This document shows positions 1 through 17,843 of a DNA stretch of 64,000 nucleotides, one piece after another. The translations under genes and the position numbers were made by a program. The stretch covers positions 1 through 64,000 of the forward strand of contig MU271414.1 in NCBI GenBank assembly GCA_021432655.1. Direction: 5' to 3'. This DNA comes from Atractiella rhizophila. Taxonomy: Eukaryota. A model generated the notes under the pieces. It did no database searches. It was given only the letters and a program-made list of their open reading frames with translations, and had not been told where the DNA came from. How positions within the stretch are numbered: position 1 is the first letter of the stretch; the number at the start of each line of letters is the position of its first letter.

Positions 1-1408
1 TTGGAACGGAACTCTTCTAACTCCTTTTTCCTCCTCTCAATATCAGCTAGTGCCTGCTGAAACTCAGTCGCCTTCGTCTTCACTGCCTTGTGGATCTGCT
101 GTAAAGCTATTCGGCTGTGGCACTGAACCGAGATCTCGGCGCCAAACTGCCACATTTCGAGATTGGTCTTCAGTGGGTCGATGTCAAGGTGGACGATTTT
201 CGCTTTCTCACTTGGTTTGGTGAAGAGCTCGACCCAGGGAATATCGGAATCGACGATAATGATGAGATCCGCCTAACAGGTGTTCGAATCAGTGTTGATT
301 CTGTTACTTGTTGATGAAATAACATGCCTTGTTGAGCCATGGATTAGCCATTCCATAACTGCTTCCTGCATGGCACGGGTGCGAGTGCGGCAAGTTCATG
401 TGTGTTGGGCAGGATTGGAAAACCGGAATCTGCAAGAATTTGGCTAAGGCTCCGAGAACTGGAACTGCTTTGGGATCTCTGCCTAAATATGATGTGACAA
501 TGACTGGGGATGTGGCCGCGAGGAGGAGAGATGCAATCTGGTCGACGGCTGCGACAACTGTCAGACACTTCCACCACGGAAACAAGTGCGCACTCGAGGA
601 TGCAATCCCCATAGGCTGGAGAGGTGCATATCTGGAAGGCACAATCTGTTTGGTTGCTTGTTCCTTAGTCAAAAACTCCTCCGTCGATTCGCGAACTCCC
701 CAAACGTAAACAGGTCCTAACGGGTTCTTTTAAAAGTAGAAGGAGGAAGCCAGAATGAAGCGCACCAGCCGGCTCACTACGAGCCATTTGTAGGCTTCTC
801 CCAATGACTTGGTCTACAGACACAGCTCTCCGAAGTTCCCCAACATATTTCACGAAGCGCCTGATAATACAGCTAAACTTGCTATTTTCAATCGTGGACG
901 TAAAAAAGTTACCTCACAATGCTGGGTTGATCAATGGTATTCTGGATCCAATGAATCCACTCATTTCTGCCACCTTGGAGGGAGGAATCAGAGGTATGCG
1001 GGGATGCTCCGGCATAGATGAGGATCGGAACACGATTTCTCGACACATTATGGAGTCCGCCACCTAGGTTCTGGGTTCCACAGTCGACATGGACAAAGAC
1101 TGCAGGCGTCTCCCCTGTCAGCTGTGTAGGCAAAAACATATGACGGTCCTTGAGTTCCATTAGCGGTCGAGATGAAACGCCAGACGCACTTGAGCATATC
1201 CCTGCGCCGCTGAAAGGCCAACGAACTCATTTGGGCTAGTATAGATAGACAGCTTCTCTTCTTCCTTCTTCCTCGAATCAACTTTCTGTTGAGCAATCTC
1301 TTCGACAAGCGCAGGATGATCTGATCCTAGATTAACAAAAGCAACGTTCACTCCATGGGCCGTTAAGGAGTGCAGGAACAAGCTAGCGCCAGTGTACACT
1401 TGCGACAT
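1..1408 (-). CDS. Thiamine pyrophosphate-dependent enzyme (acetolactate synthase-like family), multi-exon, 3' end outside window
   Basis: Spliced exons give MSQVYTGASLFLHSLTAHGVNVAFVNLGSDHPALVE, PNEFVGLSAAQGYAQ|LTGETPAVFVHVDCGTQNLGGGLHN, RSEPAGPVYVWG and ADLIIIVDSDIPW, typical of the TPP-enzyme N-terminal and central domains. Confidence 0.85.
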
Positions 1409-1649
1409 GATGTATGGTATAGGGCAAGTTTCCTTGATGGTGGATGATCGATTGGGGATTGAAGGCATATAAGGACGGCAGCAGCAGTCCCACTCTGATT
1501 CCAGGAGAATGGATTCTCCGTGAAGACCTTCGCTGACTAATCTCAGGCAACGTTACTTTCATCATTCAAATGCAATTGTAAAGAATTTTACTGAAAGGAA
1601 AGATGCTAAGACTCAACCGATGGAAAACTTTGATGATTACACAATTGAA

Positions 1650-2434
1650 TTACATTTTCTTCCTCATTGGATCCATAATGAGGTTTGCCGTGTGCTCTTT
1701 CAGCTTTATCGTAATATGAAGAGCACTTTTTGTCCTTGTCTGAAAATGATAGTCCGCTTTCTACGGACAATAGCGTTTAATAATAGCTCATTCAAGACCA
1801 GTGGAGAACACACCTCATCTTCCGGGGTGATAACATCGTTAACCTTCACGCTCTCCGTCGTCGTTTCCATGTCTAGCCCTTCCAGCCCACAAGGTAGAGC
1901 GGAAACAATGGCAAATGCTAGCGTCATACATGTAGGAATGGCGATACAAAGAGCATGAAGCGTCAATGAGGGGGATCTGAACACCGAACATCGACGAAAA
2001 GAATAAATCAAAACATATCTCAGGAAAGAAAATAAGGGTAAATCAGCGCACCCGTTCTCTAAGAAGCAAGCAACGCCTCTCTTCAACAGTCCAGCAAATG
2101 ATACCCCCTTATTGGAAACCCACATCTCCTCGCCCTCAGCTCCATCCTTCCTCTTTAAATCCTTCGCCTTCCCTCCGATTTTTGCGCCAGATAAAGTGCT
2201 CTTAGCACCTTTGCTGGATATGTGGGCTCCCGGATGAGAAAGCCCCAGTCTTTGAAGGGTGCCCGGAACATAAGCTCGTTTTTGTGGACGCGGCAGGAGG
2301 GTTGGAGTTTTGGTTTCCGTCTCAGGTCTGTTGGGAAGGTGTAGAGAGTTGTCGGGACGCGCTTTTTTGCTGACTGGTTCAGATGCATTTTCGTGCGGTA
2401 GCTCGTGAGATCGCGCGCGCTTTTTCGAAGGCAT
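1650..2434 (-). CDS. Rpp20/Pop7-like (Alba-fold) RNase P/MRP subunit, 3 exons
   Basis: MWVSNKGVSFAGLLKR...LTLHALCIAI...TTTESVKVNDVITPEDE|KADYHFQTRTKSALHITI resembles the Rpp20 pattern (TSTV.L.DD..P...R..SAIHI). The last exon was obtained by splicing gtgtgt...cgtag. The start ATG is assumed. Confidence 0.6.
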
Positions 2435-2988
2435 TGCGTTTTGGTAGGCGTCTTGTTGTTCTTTGTTGTTCTCCAAAAAAGGCAAGTCATAAACAGGCGA
2501 GGCGAGCACGGAGCCGAATTCTGCTTGTTATCTAGCTTTTACAATAGGAACTGACTTCGCTGGTGACTTCAAGCACCCTCAAGTTGGAACCGTTGGATGA
2601 TTTCACAACTATATGCATAACAATGTCATTGCTCCGAACATAGGAAGTTAACATTTCACCATCTAGGAGGCTTGTTGATGCTTAGTTCCTATTGGTGAGC
2701 TCATTCGACCTGTGCAACTGGGGAGAGACATGTTATCTGGTGGCATGAATGAAACCACCTCAGACCGTCAGCGTGTCATGCCAAAGACACGTAATTTAGA
2801 CAACTGTGCGGAGAGACGGCATTTTTGTTCAATAGTGGACAGTTACAAACTGTTGTTGTATTTCAGATCAGAAGATTATAAGGAGCAAGTCTCCAGCTAT
2901 TTGGGACGTAGACTTCTTCAGCGCGCCTTGCTTCGACGGCACAGTGATTACTCACTTTGATTTGTGCATCGTCCAACTTCACTTTGCT

Positions 2989-3196
2989 TCAGCAAATTCG
3001 AGGGCAAAGAGGCGCCCTGTCACCTGCGTCATGGAACGTCCCATTTAGCACACATTAACGTCAATTACCGTTCGAGATACTCACAGAAGCATCTTTTCTC
3101 CATAAAGTCTCTCTTTTCTGCTTCCAGATGATCAATCGGATTCGCTTGGGCCACAAGGAGGAGTGCAGCAATTATTGCGAAGATGGAGAATTTCAT
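2989..3196 (-). CDS. Small secreted Cys-rich peptide precursor (48 aa) with Kex2-type KR sites
   Basis: Exon 1 3196-3085, intron 3084-3024 (gtgagt...gcag), exon 2 3023-2989. Translation: MKFSIFAIIAALLLVAQA-NPIDHLEAEKR-DFMEKR-CFCDRAPLCPRIC*. A TATA-like TATAAAAG lies ~100 nt upstream. Confidence 0.8.
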
Positions 3197-3216
3197 GTTG
3201 TCTGTGGAGGAGCTGA

Positions 3217-3294
3217 ATCTGCTTGATGCTCTGTCATTCGAGAAAAAAGGTCGATCTGCTTGATGCTCTGTCATTCGAGAAAAAAGGTCGATCT
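3217..3294. repeat. Perfect 37-bp tandem duplication (2.1 copies)
   Basis: ATCTGCTTGATGCTCTGTCATTCGAGAAAAAAGGTCG at 3217-3253 and 3254-3290, followed by ATCT. Confidence 0.95.
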
Positions 3295-4040
3295 TTTATA
3301 TCACAACTCGGCTCGTTGGCTGCCGTTCCACGGATCTTTCCCCAGAGGAGATTGCAGCACCGTTGTTGATCACGCTCGCGAGGCGGTTAGAGGTAGCTGA
3401 TAGGATGTGTGATAGTTATCCCTCTATTCATGCATCCACACATCAAAGGAGAATCAGTCGGATTACGAAGCAAGGAGGCTGGAGAACAAACATGTTTCTT
3501 CCTTGTGGAAATGCCTTGGAGTTGTGGAGACCGTGAATATCAACATAGTCGATTTCGCTAGGAGTCGTCGGGTAGTCAAAACCTACGATGCGAGCGCCGT
3601 GTTCGTTTCGGAGAGCGGTGGTACTCGTGAGGCGCCGCTCTCGAGCTGGACATATCGCAACTTCCTACGGAAGCTCCCACCTGACCTATCTCCTGCCCAG
3701 TAAACGGCATAAAATTTCAAGCCAACGACAAATACAATACCGCGACCGACCTGCTTCGTTCGAACGCCTCGCGAAGTCCGATGAAACGACCGATGACTTG
3801 ATAACAGGGAATAACCTGCTCCACCATAGGTTATGCTAACTTACGAACGGATCTCTGGCTTTCCCGCTTTTGTGGTAGTTTGATTGTCTAGACCTATGGT
3901 TTAGAACTTCAGCCTGTTCTCAAAAAGCTCCAATGCGGATATGTGGAGCTTAGACATGTACCATCAGTCGCCACCATGAAGCCAATTCAGGACCACGAGG
4001 TGTTATATAAGAAGCGACACCGAAACTTAGTAGCTCTTCC

Positions 4041-5680
4041 TCACGTCGTCGAAGTCCTTTCTTGTACATAATGGGACCCCACTGCCGTCCCCTTGCTCTG
4101 AGAAAAGTATAGGTTAAACAACTCTTTCAGCAATGGCTCCTTATCACACAACTTGCGTGTCAATTCCTGCGTATCGAATCTCTGTTCGAGACGTTCCACT
4201 ACCTGCTTTAACGACAACCTATTCTCTTCCCCTTCTTGTCCTAAATCGCCCATTGAAATCCAGGCCTGTGCAGTAGCCATTAGAAACGAAGCTTTGTATT
4301 TTTCTAAACCTAGTGGGGTTTCTTCAAGTGGCTTCAGGACCTGAAGAATAACATCTAGGAGTTTGATCGCAGCCGATTGAAGTGCGAGGAGAGTGCTGGT
4401 TGATCTTGGATGAAGAGGGAATGAATAATGGGTCTCCATCGGAGCGAGTATAATAGGAACTAGGATCTGTGGCAAGCGAAGTGGATTGGCAAATGACAAA
4501 GGATAGGAAGAAGGGCTGACTGGAAGGAAACGAAGGACCGTTACTCCAAGACCGTCTCGTACGATGACCTCTGCGTTGTTCAATGCGATGCGATTGATCC
4601 ACCAACGACCTTCGAAATTAGCTCCTTCTAATCGAAAGCAGGAGTCAGCAAGTAAGCGAGCGTGAGAACCGTGTGATTTTTCGGTTAAAGTGGGCCTGAG
4701 AAAGTTGATTAAATGGAGATGGGTAGAAAGGGCGACCTTGAGGAGCAAGAGTGGTGTTTGGGTTTCTGAGGCGTTCTTGTCAGACGGAGAGAAAAAGCTT
4801 AAAGAGATAAACAGAATCTAGGACATTTGTCAGAGTAGCCATGACCAAGTTTTCTACCAACCGATTCCAACAGCTCCTCATAGCCCCTGCGGATTATCCA
4901 CCCGCGCACGAAATCCTGTTGTTTCTCACTTCCGGTCTGCATTCTACGCAATAACGCTTCAAGGGCAAGCGTCCCTCGAATTCTCCAATCTAGCTCGAAG
5001 TCCCCAAGCATTTGGAGCAAAGGAGGGAAGAAGAGGCGTAAACCTTCGGTATCCGTCTATTCCACAGTGAACTTATTTTTCTTGTCACATGAAAGATATC
5101 GTACATCCATATAATGAGCTAGCCAACACAGCGTGCCATCAATGCCCCTGGCTTCGGCTGCCTTGTAGCCTTCGCCCTTTTCTGTGAATTCTGCCCCAAG
5201 TGCGATGCTCGAATTGCCGATGCCTCGATGAGGATACTTGCGTGTGAAATATGGAGGTAATACCGTCGAGAGAATGTGCGAACAGATCGAAGATGTTGAA
5301 ACCGCGTCGAGCAGTTCTACGCAGAACTTCAGTTCATGAGCTAGCATCTGAGGAAGGAATCACACACTCAATACTGTCGATGTCAGTTCTTCTGTCAACC
5401 AGCCATCTCCAGTAACCTGAAAATCCTGATACTCGTTCTCTTTGGGCAAGGAGCCAGCTGAAAAGCTCGGTATCCCTGTGAGTTTGGAGAGTACGAAGAC
5501 GAGCGAACATAGGATGTTGTGCTCCAAGCTTTTGAGCTCTTCTAAATGGCTCGAAAGGGTTTCGAGAGATTTGACAGCATTCTTTTTAAATATTTCTGCA
5601 CATTGAAGTCAGACAATGTGGTGTCACCTAGGTTTGAACCACGAACGAAATTGTTCTGAGAATGACGGATCCTCGTCATC
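4041..5680 (-). CDS. HEAT/ARM-like protein, possibly Tti2 (TTT complex); start uncertain
   Basis: Leu-rich helical exons: GIDGTLCWLAHY, MLQMLGDFELDWRIRGTLALEALL, ILVPIILAPME. Similarity to Tti2 is recalled only. Confidence 0.45.
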
Positions 5681-5862
5681 GCAACACGGAATGCTCAGTT
5701 GGCCTATTATCTGTTGCGATCATCAGGCGCCATCGCGTATCAAAATAAATTCTTACTTGTGCGAAGTCCATTTCGAAGGGAAGCGAAACATTCCTGAATC
5801 ACGTGTGAGAATCGTTCCCAAATGATCGTGTTTGGTACGTACAGCTATCACCAAACGACGAC

Positions 5863-6598
5863 ATGGCCTCATCAATATTTCGCTCACTGAACAACGCTCG
5901 CAAGGTATATAAGCTCAATAGCATGGAATGGAACTTACAAATGAGCCTAGATTGGTTGGAAGGAGTATAAGCATCAGCTGCTATACATTGGTGACCCAAA
6001 ATGGGGACGCCTCGTTGGGACCGATTAGTGAGTCTTTCTTGTTGTCGCTGGGTAGGAAAGTTGTTGAGGCTCTTTCAGCTTTGGAAACAAGTACTATGAA
6101 GTATGTGTCAATTCGTTATAGTTCTAGTCATCCCTCAAGGGAGCTGCAGAATTTTGAAGAGATGCAATGGCGGCATCGGTGGATTGACTATGCTCAGGTG
6201 TGCCCTCTAACCCCTGCTCCAATGCATTTGCTCATCGTCGAGATACTAGCACGACTACGTGAATCTCGTTTTTCATTCTTCCGTCATGCCCTCCTAACCC
6301 GCTGCGAATGTCAAGAACGCATCTCAGATCCCTCCTGAATGGCACGCTTGGATGCATCACATGCGCAGGGAACCACCGACTGAAGACGAAGTGATGAAAC
6401 GTTTGACCCCTGCTTGGAAAGCTGTACGTCATTTCCTACCTTACTTTTGCGTGCCGAATCGGTGCTAACACTGTGGGCGTGGCGTTCTAGCGGCATGTTG
6501 AGAATGTTACTGGTACCAGGGGAGCGTTTAAGACCTATTCCACTGTTGAGCCGAGGACTAAGACTTGGGTCCCGGAAGTGAAGGAGAGAGGCACATAG
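5863..6598 (+). CDS. NDUFA12: NADH:ubiquinone oxidoreductase subunit NDUFA12 (B17.2), 7 exons
   Basis: Manual splicing gives MASSIFRSLNNARK|IGWKEYKHQLLYIGDPKWGRLVGTDY|FGNKYYE|NFEEMQWRHRWIDYAQ|HDY|NASQIPPEWHAWMHH...|RHVENVTGTRGAFKTYST...*. The motifs GxLVGxDxFGNKYYE, RxRW and VPPEWHxW are diagnostic. Confidence 0.92.
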
Positions 6599-6902
6599 CT
6601 GGAACTTTGTTAGATAACTTTGGAATAGAGAAACGCTTGTGCCGATACGAGTTCTTCCTCGAAGAACTTGAAAGTGTGGAAACACCAAGAAATGCCAATA
6701 TAGCACATGAGTAGCAGATAATAAGGGTGAAGATAGAACAGTGTTACACGCCCAACCTAGTGACAGTCTTCTGTACTAGTAGCTATCATGATAGCCGCTT
6801 GAGCTTCTTGGTGCGAAACGACCAGGTTCCAACTTTGGCAGACAGAAACAACGCAACGTCTTCTTCACTCAAAAAAGTATTAACCAGCTTCAACTCAGCG
6901 AA

Positions 6903-7561
6903 ATGTCTTTCGGTATGTATTTTTTTCCGCAAAGCCATCCTGACACCCCAATATCAAGGCCTGCCCAAAAGTGATGGTCTCTTGCCATATTGGTTTCTCC
7001 TCACCTCCTCTTTGGGGGTGTTCAACTCTGCCCAGAACTATTACACGTCTAATCTCTCTCGCCGTCTATATGGTCACTCCCCAGAATCTGGTTTGTCTTT
7101 CCTGTCGGTCTACCACACTGTCATCTTGAACCAAGACACGTGGAACAGTCACTGGCCTCTCGAATCGATTAGGAGCAGCTTGGACATTCACTTCGGCTCT
7201 CATTCGTTTTTATGCTGCGTATCACTCGGACAATAAGGCGTGAGCGTGCCAACCTGCTACCTCTCGCCCAAGGACAATTTCTGTCGGTCAGGTAGCTAAC
7301 AATACGGCTGTAGGGTCTACGATCTTGCCATTGGGACGTATCTCATTGCGTTCTTCCATTTCTCGACAGAGTTTTACGTCTACAGAACGCTCAAGATGTT
7401 TCCTGGAGGGATATACCCCATCGTCGTAGCTTGTGTGTCTCCTCCCAACTTTCTACTATGTACTACGAATACAGTACTAATGTCTTTTGGTGAAAGCATT
7501 GGGGTTAGCTTGGATGTGGTCACAGTATGATTTCTACGTAGGAAGCCCCAACTTGGTATGA
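6903..7561 (+). CDS. ERG28: Ergosterol biosynthesis scaffold Erg28, 5 exons
   Basis: GLLPYWFLLTSSLGVFNSAQNY, VTGLSNRLGAAWTFTSALIRFYAAY, YDLAIGTYLIAFFHFSTEF, WMWSQYDFY. Confidence 0.9.
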
Positions 7562-8818
7562 AAGTGTGCAGAGAAGGTTTGTCTTGCCTTTCCCACTCTC
7601 CTGGGCTTTCATTTGACATTCCGCGGCCAAAGATTTAGTCTTATACTTATATCTTTTATGCAATAATACGCAGAGCCCTTTAGAACATCTATAAGCAATT
7701 GGTTCCTGCATAGATGAAAAACATAGAGGGCTCCTAATGTGAGCCTTTCTTCAGACATTCGAAGGATATACGATGGTAGAAATCTGCAGACATCGTGAAA
7801 ACTTAGAGCTAGTTCCAGTACTATATTATAGGGCATCAATCCAAGAAGCACTAATACGACAATGCTAGCTAGTTGGGCTACAGAGCGAAACCTCCGCTCT
7901 TTTCGTATTGCAAGTGTGTACCCCTATTAAATCGAGAGGACCATCCCTACGAAATGGTTGATGAGCACGACTCTGCGGTCCTTTAAAGCGCTTTTAACGT
8001 ATTTCAACGAGGTCTATTGCAGAGCAGTCTATATTCACCTTGATGGGAATCATCATTGTCTGCACTTTGTCTGCACTATATCGCTCCCCAGGCCATGATT
8101 CGTCCACTTGATGACACGGTATTGATGTCGAGAAGTAGTACCATCAACAATCGAACTGTGAGCGCCAATTCTTCGTCGACGAAAAAGAGCGGCAGTTGAC
8201 ATTCAATCAAGGCAGATTCAACGGCGCCATCATCGCACTCTGATCGTCCGCGTGCCGATGGTTGCTTCACCTGACTCGCTTTCATGCACGTCAAGTTGTA
8301 TGGACCCGAGACCTTTGTCTAGTGTTCTCTTCTCGCGCTGGCTTGAATGATATGGTCACGGTTGAACGGTTGAAAGTTGAACGTGAACCTCTTCTTTCTA
8401 TGATAGTAACAATAGCCTCCCTGACAAACAATTGACAAACGCTTACAACGTTTTACTAACTTTCAAACAGCTGCTGCTGCACCTGCGTCTCCTTTCTTTC
8501 TTTAGGTTCGGCTCGAAGCTCTGCTCGACTATCGTTGACTTTGACTTGAGAGGAGCAAGCGCGAAGCGCGAGCTGTCCAGAGCTGAACAAGGTTTGTTGT
8601 TGTCGGTGTTGTCATCCCATACGCACACGGCACTGGAGCGCCGCTTCAGATTTCCAACCCAGATTTCGGGGACGAATGAGGTATAAATCACATTACTCTT
8701 GACTTCATGCCTCTTATCGCAGTCTCAGGTCTGTTCAAGTCAGCCATAAATCAGTCAAAAGGTCCGGTCAGGACGCATTCGCTGTCTGCCCTTCTCCAGT
8801 CTTGGTTTAGTTTGAAGG

Positions 8819-14761
<5,943 letters not shown>

Positions 14762-15022
14762 GCTACAAAGTAGATATTCACGAATCAGTAGACTTTGCAC
14801 TGCTTTGCAATTGCTGCAAATCCATCGAGACCTTTTATGTAACAGTAACAGTGTCCATGAAGCCAATAAGGTTGAGGTTAACGACATGTAAATTCATTTC
14901 ATTTTGCTTACACTTTGGTCAGTATGTGCATACTTAATTTATGACAACACTTTGATACGACATGCTCCTGCGACAAACCAACAAAATAACAATGAAACTA
15001 AAATGAGACTAGATGTTTGAAG

Positions 15023-17359
15023 TTACGGTCTTGAGGGGTACCAACGGAATTGCTGAATAGAGCCTCCATGAGGGCTGTCTTGTGCTGAGGCAAAGTCAGT
15101 AAGTCCCAAGAGCGCTGCTCGCCCGTTGGAGAACGGTACGAAGTCGAGTTCGTCTTGAGGCTCATCAATTACAGTAGAATGGAACTGTTCTGTTTGCTTC
15201 TCGTCGCGGGGGTGGGCAGCGAAAGGGAACATGAGACGGGAGCTGCTTGTGTGGGGTAAAGAAAGTGCAAGATCTGCGTGCATCCCTTGTTGATTTGATT
15301 GAAGGCGCATTTCGTCATCGTTATCGAGAGGATCTATCATAATTAGTCAGGTCTTACTCAGCGTGGCAACGGAAGGGGACCAACAAAACGCTTCTCTGAT
15401 CTGTGATTCAATGTAAGCCCGAGCACCATCGTTGTAATTTATAGGTCCTCGATGACCCCCAACATAGTTGAGAAACCCTTCATCATCCGCAACCCAATCC
15501 CACATTCTCCTGGGTGGAGACTGAGAGTAATTCTGAACTGGCTGAACTGGTTTGGGAGAAGAAGGATGAAATGTAGCGGAATGACACGACTAAAAGGCGA
15601 CACCGTCATCGGCTCTAGTAGCTACTGCTTCCGAAACCCAATCTCCCACCTCCAAATCTTCAATCTCCCATCTACCTGCAGTATCGAGTATTTTTGTTGA
15701 AGGAGCTCGTTCGTCTACTAGATTTTCGATAGATCGTACGGACACAGCCTCTCCCGTCACATCGTGCGTTGCGTTTGCCAGGTGTAAATGGGCGGAATTG
15801 GCAGAATGTGACGGAGGGGATTGAAATACAACTGGATTGTCTACCGGGTTGACAATACCCTGAGAACTTATCCCTTGCGACGCTGCTAAGAGTTCTTCTT
15901 CTTCGGCCTTGTGGAGGTTTCCAGGTACAGTATCCGTCGAGCTCCTGGATCCAAATCGTCGAGAGTCGCGACGAGGTGACGAACGTGAATCGGCCGTCTT
16001 CGTCTTCTTCAATGAAGGCGTTGAAGTCGACTCAGACGATGGCGGAGCGGAAGATACAGTCAATGCACTAGACGATGAGGAAGAAGAAGAGGAGTTGCCC
16101 TCAATCTTCCTTATTTTTTCTCTTTTTTGCGCCGTCGCCGCCTTGCCTGTCGCAACTTTTTTGGCAACTGTTTTCGTCCTCTTCGTTTTTCTATGTCTTT
16201 CTACCCTCTTCGCTCGCTTTGGCACCGATCTGGAAGATTTCTTCCCTTTCCAGAGCTCCTCCTCCGTTTCAGGATCAGAGCTGGTCGATGTCGACTCGTC
16301 GCTTGCGCTCGATTGCCTATACGTTTTTTTGTCCATTTTACGGTTAAGGAACTTGAGCTCGGAGAAGACAAGGTCAGTTACTGCAGAATCGAGTGAGCTC
16401 CGGTAGGCTGATAAGAAGAGACGGACATTTTTTAGTTTGTGGCCTGACCTTTCGAGAGGCGGCACCACGACCAAAAACTCCAAGTCTGCCAGCGTCATCT
16501 CCCAACTATATCACACACGCATCAAGATGTTGTACATATGGAATAGATAACAACTTACAGTGATTCTTCCCCCTGCGATATTGTCTGGTTTCTCCATATC
16601 TCTCCATTCATCCTCGTCCTCCTTTTTCCCTTTCTTCTTCTTCTTCACCACCTTCTCCTCCACACTCTCACCATCGCTTTGCCTCCTCCTCTTCAAAGCT
16701 TTTTTCACTTTCTGGCCAGATTTCTTGCCGGCATTTGCAGCCGCAGTGGTGACAGCCTTGGACTTGTCCTTCACGATCGCGGCGCGCTCGCGTCGACGTT
16801 CTCGCCGAGCTGCAAGGATAGCTTCTCGTTGTTCTTCTTCACTGTCTGTCCCCTTCTCCACGACGGCACGAGGCTTTTGCCCTTTAACCTTCATTTTGGG
16901 AGGAGAATACTCGGCTGCAGAGGAACTGGAGGAAGATGATTTGGCTAGTTTTTTCCGTATCCCCGTCTTCAGGGCTCTTTCTACCATTTCATTTCTAGAT
17001 TTTTTAAGCTTGACTTTGTCTATCCTCGATAATCTTTCTCGTTCTGCCCTCAGCCTTCGCTCACGCTTGAGCTTCAAACCAGGCTGCTTCTCTTCGTGCG
17101 CATTCCTCTTCTTTGGTTTGAGGGATTCCACCACGCTCGACTTCTTCCCCCTCTTTACAACTCCCTCATGAACCGTCTTCGGAAGTGTTTTAGGGAGAAT
17201 AGGAGGAGGTGAGTACTGATTTCGATACTTCACTTGTTCGCGCACGAAGGTCTGACAATCGTGAGGTTTGGTGGGGGGGTGGCGTGAGCTGTGGAGTTGA
17301 AGAGCGTCGAATGTGAGTGAGGTTGTTCCAGGAGGTCTAGAAGTGGCCCAGGAGGCCAT
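15023..17359 (-). CDS. Hypothetical Lys/Ser-rich low-complexity protein, multi-exon
   Basis: Long ORFs 17359-16511 and 16498-15590 are joined via short introns, giving GRIT|LGDDAGRLGVFGRGAAS...DLVFSELKFL. The 3' exon structure is less certain. Confidence 0.6.
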
Positions 17360-17843
17360 TACTGGCCATAGATGATATATTTGTTCTGTGAAAGGTGCTC
17401 TCGTTGATAGCTCTTCTACTAGCCCCTCATGCTGTCATAGATTCGAGTTCCCCCAGGCTGACTGGTATTTGGAAGCAGGAAGCAACGTGGTGGCACGAAA
17501 GCAATAAGCACGAAACAATAAGGATGATCGCGAATAGGGTGAGGAGTCTCTCACGAATCGATACTGGAGTAAAACCGAAGCTGTGATCCTTCTTTCCGGA
17601 ATAATTATCATTTCTACACGGAGATGTATTTGGACCACTACTAGTGATAAAAAGACACTGGTGTTCCACTCGCCCAGTTCACGATCAGCTGGACTCAGAA
17701 GGCATTCTCGACTCAACTCGTTATGGCTGAGCATGAGGTTTGTCAAGCTTTACCACCTTTTGTTGGATTCCACTTGGGCGACACTTCTACATCGAAGTCC
17801 AACGGTGTGACATATTCTTGTTCTTGGTACAAACACTAAACAT

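Noticed and set aside
1..1560. TPP riboswitch associated with the TPP enzyme or the long introns
   Set aside because: No aptamer core (CTGAGA...ACCTGA...) arrangement was found.
2989..3196. Peptide precursor as a mating pheromone or dikaritin RiPP
   Set aside because: It has no C-terminal CAAX (ends PRIC), no repeated cores, and no receptor or DUF3328-like neighbour in the window.
6390..6400. GTGATGA as a snoRNA C box
   Set aside because: It lies within an NDUFA12 coding exon and has no nearby D box.
15909..17171. Long plus-strand Phe/Ser/Leu-rich ORFs
   Set aside because: They are antisense shadows of the Lys/Glu-rich minus-strand gene.
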